Source of the DNA: Alistipes sp.
GTDB taxonomy: Bacteria > Bacteroidota > Bacteroidia > Bacteroidales > Rikenellaceae
Length of the DNA: 42,803 nt
Direction of reading: 5' to 3'
NCBI GenBank assembly: GCA_017380955.1
Contig: JAFOCZ010000027.1
Span: 1 to 42,803, forward strand
Shown piece by piece: positions 38,339 through 42,803 of the stretch (positions are counted from its first letter, which is position 1; every line of letters starts with the position of its first letter). Under the pieces are notes generated by a model. It saw nothing but the letters and a program-made list of their open reading frames with translations, was not told the DNA's origin and searched no databases. The translations under genes and the position numbers were made by a program.

Positions 38339-38397
38339 GTTTCAGCGTTTTTTGCGAAAAAAATCGACAAAAAAGAGTTGCGTAAAGAAAATTTCAC

Positions 38398-38490
38398 TAT
38401 CTTTGCGCTCCCAAGCAGGCACTTATGGGGTTATAGCAATAGACTATGATTGAGTGGTGCTGAAGTTAAACTATTAATATTTAAACAATT
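38398..38490 (+). promoter_or_regulatory. rplY promoter -7 box and structured 5' leader
   Basis: TATCTTTG 38398-38405; interrupted hairpin 38414-38461. Confidence 0.5.
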
Positions 38491-39051
38491 ATGCAGACAA
38501 TTCAGATTAACGGTACTGCACGTAAGGACTTCGGTAAGAAGTTCGCAAAGGCTGCACGCCGCGAGGGTCAGGTACCTTGTATCATCTACGGTGGTGGTGA
38601 GGAGATCGCTTTCACTATCGACGCAAAGGAGCTCGGTCAGTTGATCTACACTCCAAACTCTTACATCATCGAGCTTAACATCGACGGTAAGGTTGAGAAG
38701 GCAGTTATGCGTGAGGTACAGTTCCACCCAGTTCGTGAGCAGGTTCTCCACGTAGACTTCTACCGCGTTCAGGAGGGTAAGCCAGTTGCAGTTAACGTTC
38801 CAGTTCGCCTTACAGGTAACGCTGAGGGTGTTAAGATCGGTGGTAAGTTGGCTCTCTCTGCTCGTAAGCTCACAGTTAAGGGTCTTGTTGAGTTTATTCC
38901 AGATGAGATCGTTGTTGACGTTACTCCATTGAAGGTTGGTCAGACAATCTTCGTAGGTGACCTCCAGCACGAGAACCTTACTTTCGTAACTCCTGCTACT
39001 ACTGCTGTTTGCGCAGTTCGCGTAACACGTGCTTCACGTGCAGCACAGTAA
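38491..39051 (+). CDS. rplY: 50S ribosomal protein L25 (Ctc type)
   Basis: RREGQVPCIIYG, QFHPV, HVDF, GVKIGG; followed by pth. Confidence 0.96.
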   Translation: MQTIQINGTARKDFGKKFAKAARREGQVPCIIYGGGEEIAFTIDAKELGQLIYTPNSYIIELNIDGKVEKAVMREVQFHPVREQVLHVDFYRVQEGKPVAVNVPVRLTGNAEGVKIGGKLALSARKLTVKGLVEFIPDEIVVDVTPLKVGQTIFVGDLQHENLTFVTPATTAVCAVRVTRASRAAQ

Positions 39052-39078
39052 TAGAGACTGGACTAAACCGAATCAAAG

Positions 39079-39642
39079 ATGAAATATCTTGTTGTCGGGC
39101 TGGGCAACATTGGCGCAGAATACGCCAATACCCGCCACAACATCGGATTCAGAGTGTTGGATGCCTTAGCCGAGGCATCCAATATCTCTTTTACGACAGT
39201 ACGTTATGGCGCTATGGCCACGCTAAAACACCGCGGTCGCACCATATTTCTGCTCAAGCCCTCGACATATATGAACTTGTCGGGTAAGGCAGTACGTTAC
39301 TGGATGGATCAGGAGCGCATACCTCGCGAGAATCTCCTTGTTATATCGGACGACATCGCCCTGCCCTTCGGAACATTCCGAATGCGTAAGAATGGCAGCG
39401 AGGGTGGCCACAACGGACTTCGTAACATCACCGAACTTTTGGGTGACAACCAATACACACGTATGCGCTTTGGCGTAGGTGGCGACTTTCCTAAGGGTCA
39501 TCAGGTGGATTATGTGTTGGGACCTTTTAGCGACGAGGAGAACAAGGCAATGCCCGAGCGTCTGAAACTCTTTGGCGATGCTATTCTGTCGTTTGTCTCT
39601 GTAGGCGCTGACCGCACGATGAATGCCTATAATGGTAAGTAA
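39079..39642 (+). CDS. pth: Peptidyl-tRNA hydrolase
   Basis: GLGNIG, TRHNIGF, KPSTYMNLSG, GGHNGL. Confidence 0.97.
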   Translation: MKYLVVGLGNIGAEYANTRHNIGFRVLDALAEASNISFTTVRYGAMATLKHRGRTIFLLKPSTYMNLSGKAVRYWMDQERIPRENLLVISDDIALPFGTFRMRKNGSEGGHNGLRNITELLGDNQYTRMRFGVGGDFPKGHQVDYVLGPFSDEENKAMPERLKLFGDAILSFVSVGADRTMNAYNGK

Positions 39643-39673
39643 GAGGGGCTTGTCCAAAGCAAGTATCAGTTTC

Positions 39674-39777
39674 AAAAGTCGTATAACAAGAGTTGGTTTT
39701 AGGCGCACGAAGAGCGAAAAACCGGAGTTTACTGAGCGTAAATGAGGATTTTGAAATAACCTTGTTATACGGCTTTT
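39674..39777. repeat. Inverted-repeat-bounded 104-bp element
   Basis: AAAAGTCGTATAACAAG ... CTTGTTATACGGCTTTT (16/17 complementary). Confidence 0.65.
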
Positions 39778-39785
39778 ATAAAACG

Positions 39786-39816
39786 AAATGGGTTTGTTCG
39801 ATGAACAAACCCATTT
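39786..39816. terminator. Terminator between pth and ferredoxin
   Basis: AAATGGGTTTGTTC-gat-GAACAAACCCATTT perfect 14-bp stem. Confidence 0.85.
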
Positions 39817-39853
39817 TCTTTTATGAAGCGCTAAACAGCGCATTCACAATCAA

Positions 39854-40024
39854 TTAAGCCTCAGGAGCGATAGCCTCAGAAGGACAAACGCCTGCGCAAG
39901 TACCGCAATCGATACACTTGCTTGAGTCGATAACATAGATGTCACCTGCTGAGATAGCCTCTACTGGGCACTCGTTGATGCATGTACCACACGCAACACA
40001 AGAATCTGAAATTTTGTAAGCCAT
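39854..40024 (-). CDS. 2[4Fe-4S] ferredoxin, 56 aa (absent from the ORF track)
   Basis: Hand translation MAYKISDSCVACGTCINECPVEAISAGDIYVIDSSKCIDCGTCAGVCPSEAIAPEA; two CxxCxxCxxxCP motifs. Confidence 0.95.
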   Translation of the reverse strand: MAYKISDSCVACGTCINECPVEAISAGDIYVIDSSKCIDCGTCAGVCPSEAIAPEA

Positions 40025-40077
40025 ATTACTTATAAGTTTTAATGAGTGTTAACAAATTTCAAGTGCAAATATACAAA

Positions 40078-41349
40078 TTATTTTATAAAATCAAAACCTG
40101 TGTAAGGAATTAGCACCTCTGGGATACGAATTCCATCCTCAGTCTGGTTATTCTCGAGCAATGCTGCCACGATACGAGGCAATGCAAGAGACGAGCCATT
40201 TAGTGTGTGAGCCAACTGTGTTTTGCGGTTATCATCACGATAGCGCAACTTCAGACGGTTAGCCTGGAACGACTCGAAGTTAGAGACTGACGACACCTCC
40301 AACCAACGCTTCTGAGCCTCAGAGTATACCTCGAAGTCGAAGGTGAGAGCCGATGTGAATGACATATCACCACCGCAAAGGCGCAAGATACGGTATGGAA
40401 GACCGAGCGATGCCACGATGCTCTCTACGTGAGCCACCATAGCCTCCAACGCCTCGTACGACTTATCGGGGTGCGACACCTGAACGATCTCCACCTTGTC
40501 GAACTGGTGCAAGCGGTTGAGACCACGCACATCCTTACCATAAGAGCCAGCCTCGCGACGGAAGCAAGGTGTGTATGCTGTCATCTTCACAGGCAACTCG
40601 CTCTGCTCGAGGATAACATCACGGAATATGTTTGTCACAGGCACCTCGGCTGTTGGCACAAGGTAGAAGCCATCTGCCGTAGCGTGGTACATCTGACCCT
40701 CCTTATCTGGCAACTGACCAGTACCGAAACCCGAAGCCTCGTTTACCATAATTGGAGGCTCAACCTCCTGATAACCAGCGCGTGTATTGCAGTCGAGGAA
40801 GTAGTTTATCAAGGCACGCTGAAGACGTGCACCCTTACCCTTGTATACTGGGAATCCCGCACCTGTAAGTTTCACACCAAGGTCGAAGTCGATGATGTCA
40901 TACTTCTTCGCCAACTCCCAATGTGGCAACGCCTCACCAGGAATCTCAGTGTAGTTCTCCACAAGTTTCACCACTACGTTGTCCTCGGCAGTGCGACCCT
41001 CAGGTACGCTGTCGTGTGGGAAGTTAGGGAGTTTAACAATCTCATTCTGCAACTCCTCAGCCACCTTATCAGACTCCTCCTTGAGTTGCTGTGAGCGTGT
41101 CTTGAGTGTTGCAACCTCTGCCTTCATAGCCTCAGCAGCCTCCTTCTCGCCCTTTCCCATAAGCATACCAATCTGCTTGGCAGCCTGATTCTGAGCAGCA
41201 AGAGTGCCATCGAGGTCATTCTGCAGAGCCTTACGTTTGTCGTCGAGTTCTATGATGCGAGCGATTATAGGTGCTGCATCAACACCTTTCTTTGCGAGGC
41301 GGCTTATAGCCTCCTCGGTATTGTCGCGCAATTGCTTTAGTGTAAGCAT
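40078..41349 (-). CDS. serS: Serine--tRNA ligase
   Basis: LVPTAEVP, FRREAGS, RLHQFDKVE, EVSSVSN, HTLNGS; start MLTLK since the -7 box is at 41380-41387. Confidence 0.97.
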   Translation of the reverse strand: MLTLKQLRDNTEEAISRLAKKGVDAAPIIARIIELDDKRKALQNDLDGTLAAQNQAAKQIGMLMGKGEKEAAEAMKAEVATLKTRSQQLKEESDKVAEELQNEIVKLPNFPHDSVPEGRTAEDNVVVKLVENYTEIPGEALPHWELAKKYDIIDFDLGVKLTGAGFPVYKGKGARLQRALINYFLDCNTRAGYQEVEPPIMVNEASGFGTGQLPDKEGQMYHATADGFYLVPTAEVPVTNIFRDVILEQSELPVKMTAYTPCFRREAGSYGKDVRGLNRLHQFDKVEIVQVSHPDKSYEALEAMVAHVESIVASLGLPYRILRLCGGDMSFTSALTFDFEVYSEAQKRWLEVSSVSNFESFQANRLKLRYRDDNRKTQLAHTLNGSSLALPRIVAALLENNQTEDGIRIPEVLIPYTGFDFIK

Positions 41350-41461
41350 AATTCTGAGTTTTATTTCACTTTTATCGTACAAAGATACAACATAATTAAT
41401 AAGGTTGTACGCCTAAATACAAAATTTTTCGGAATTATATTAAATCAGCGCAAAGCACACC

Positions 41462-41600
41462 TCACTTTTCAGTTTTCACCTTTCACTTAAAAAAGCGTCG
41501 CAGACTCCATACTTTTCACCTTTCAGTTTTCACCTTTCAGTTAAAAACTTACGCCGTAGGCACTATACTTTTCAGTTTTCACCTTTCACTTTTCACTTTT
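41462..41600. repeat. Three clusters of (T/C)TTTCA(C/G) heptamers with hairpin spacers
   Basis: Clusters 41462-41488, 41511-41542, 41567-41600. Confidence 0.85.
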
Positions 41601-41635
41601 AATTTGTATCTTTGTGCGATATAGACCCATAAAGT

Positions 41636-42448
41636 ATGAACATAGATATTCAAGACATAATCGGCATCGTAAAACAGGGTGCAGAGATTGCTACCGCACG
41701 CAACTTCTCGATAAGCCAAAAGGCTGGTGTTGAAAACATTGTGACATCTACAGACATCGCAGTGCAAGAGTTTCTATGTAATAAATTCCTCGAACTTATT
41801 CCCGAGAGTGGCTTTATCTGCGAGGAGGGTGACCTCAACAACCAAAGTAGCGCAGAGTATGTGTGGGTTATAGACCCTATAGATGGCACTACCAACTATG
41901 CTCGAGGCATCTCGGAATACTGCATCTCGGTGGCTCTGATGTATCGCCGCGAGGTTATTATGGGCGTTGTCTACAACCCCGTAAAGAAGGAACTATTCCA
42001 CGCCACAAAGGGCAATGGCGCATACCTCAACGGCAAGGCTATCAGCGTGTCAAATCGCACCTTTGACAATGGCATACTATGTACCGCTATGAGCCTATAT
42101 CGCAAGGAGCACGCCAAGGTGTGCAGCGACATCATCCTTGACACATACCTGAAGTGTAATGATGTGCGACGTTTTGGAGCGTGTGCCCTCGAACTCTGCT
42201 ACTTAGCAGCCGGCCTTTGTGACCTATATTTCGAGTACCGTGTTATGCCGTGGGACTATGCAGCGGGGCACCTTATCCTTAACGAGGCGGGAGGCACTAT
42301 CTCGGGATACAACCACGAGGCTCTAAAACTCGACTTGCCAACGCTGCTTATCGGAGCCAACAGCGCGGCAAATCACTCTAAATTGGTGGAGATTATCAAC
42401 TCACATATCGACCCTAAAACTTGCAACTATGACTGGAGAGAATGGTAA
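41636..42448 (+). CDS. Inositol monophosphatase family protein (SuhB-like)
   Basis: CEE, WVIDPIDGTTNY, RRFGACAL, WDYAAG; -7 box TATCTTTG at 41607-41614. Confidence 0.92.
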   Translation: MNIDIQDIIGIVKQGAEIATARNFSISQKAGVENIVTSTDIAVQEFLCNKFLELIPESGFICEEGDLNNQSSAEYVWVIDPIDGTTNYARGISEYCISVALMYRREVIMGVVYNPVKKELFHATKGNGAYLNGKAISVSNRTFDNGILCTAMSLYRKEHAKVCSDIILDTYLKCNDVRRFGACALELCYLAAGLCDLYFEYRVMPWDYAAGHLILNEAGGTISGYNHEALKLDLPTLLIGANSAANHSKLVEIINSHIDPKTCNYDWREW

Positions 42449-42803
42449 ACTAAGATTTTCAGACTCAAAGCGTAAGATAGAGTTGTTGTGTCCTGCACGT
42501 GATTACCGTGCCGCCATAGCCGCTGTGGATTGTGGCGCTGATGCTCTGTATATCGGTGCGGAGGGCTTCGGAGCGCGACGTGCCGCAACAAATAGCACAG
42601 CCGACATAGCGCGTGTGGTGGACTATGCACACCTCTATGGCGTGAGAGTATATGTTACGCTGAACACCATACTCTACGAGAGCGAGTTGAAGCAGGCAGA
42701 GGCGCTGGCACGCGAACTTATAGCCGTGGGCGTGGATGCCCTCATAGTGCAGGATATGGCATACAGGGAGATGAACCTACCCGTAGAGTTACACGCCTCA
42801 ACA
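42429..42803 (+). CDS. U32 family protein (RNA hydroxylase/peptidase-like), 3' truncated by window
   Basis: Hand translation KIELLCPA..GADALYIG..FGAR..VYVTLNT..GVDALIVQD..LHAST; open to window end; start uncertain. Confidence 0.9.
   Translation, partial: MTGENGKLRFSDSKRKIELLCPARDYRAAIAAVDCGADALYIGAEGFGARRAATNSTADIARVVDYAHLYGVRVYVTLNTILYESELKQAEALARELIAVGVDALIVQDMAYREMNLPVELHAST

Overview
Bacteroidales chromosomal segment (TTTG-N20-TAnnTTTG promoters; gene order suggests Rikenellaceae/Alistipes-like, inferred). The left ~8 kb is accessory. It holds the 3' end of pstB, then an integrative element (XRE repressor divergent from a small ORF, a WYL_2/SH3-fold protein and a serine resolvase, convergent with a tyrosine integrase and an att-like end near 3.7 kb), a host-like lipoprotein gene, and an AT-rich three-gene cassette: two paralogous unknown proteins plus a Pif1-family helicase with a long helical C-terminal tail. 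That cassette is the best candidate for an undescribed system. Its promoter carries the same 12-bp palindrome seen three times in the XRE switch region. Next come a candidate sRNA, a hemerythrin-LuxR-cutC-transglutaminase operon and a 12-kb type V (Mfa-like) pilus operon. The rest is housekeeping (yidD, rnpA, hemD, histidine kinase, S41 protease, ispH, cmk, frr, pyrH, dxs, dapD, rplY, pth, an unannotated ferredoxin, serS, inositol monophosphatase, partial U32 protein), with several palindromic and short tandem repeat elements between genes. All family calls are by eye from motifs; no searches were run.
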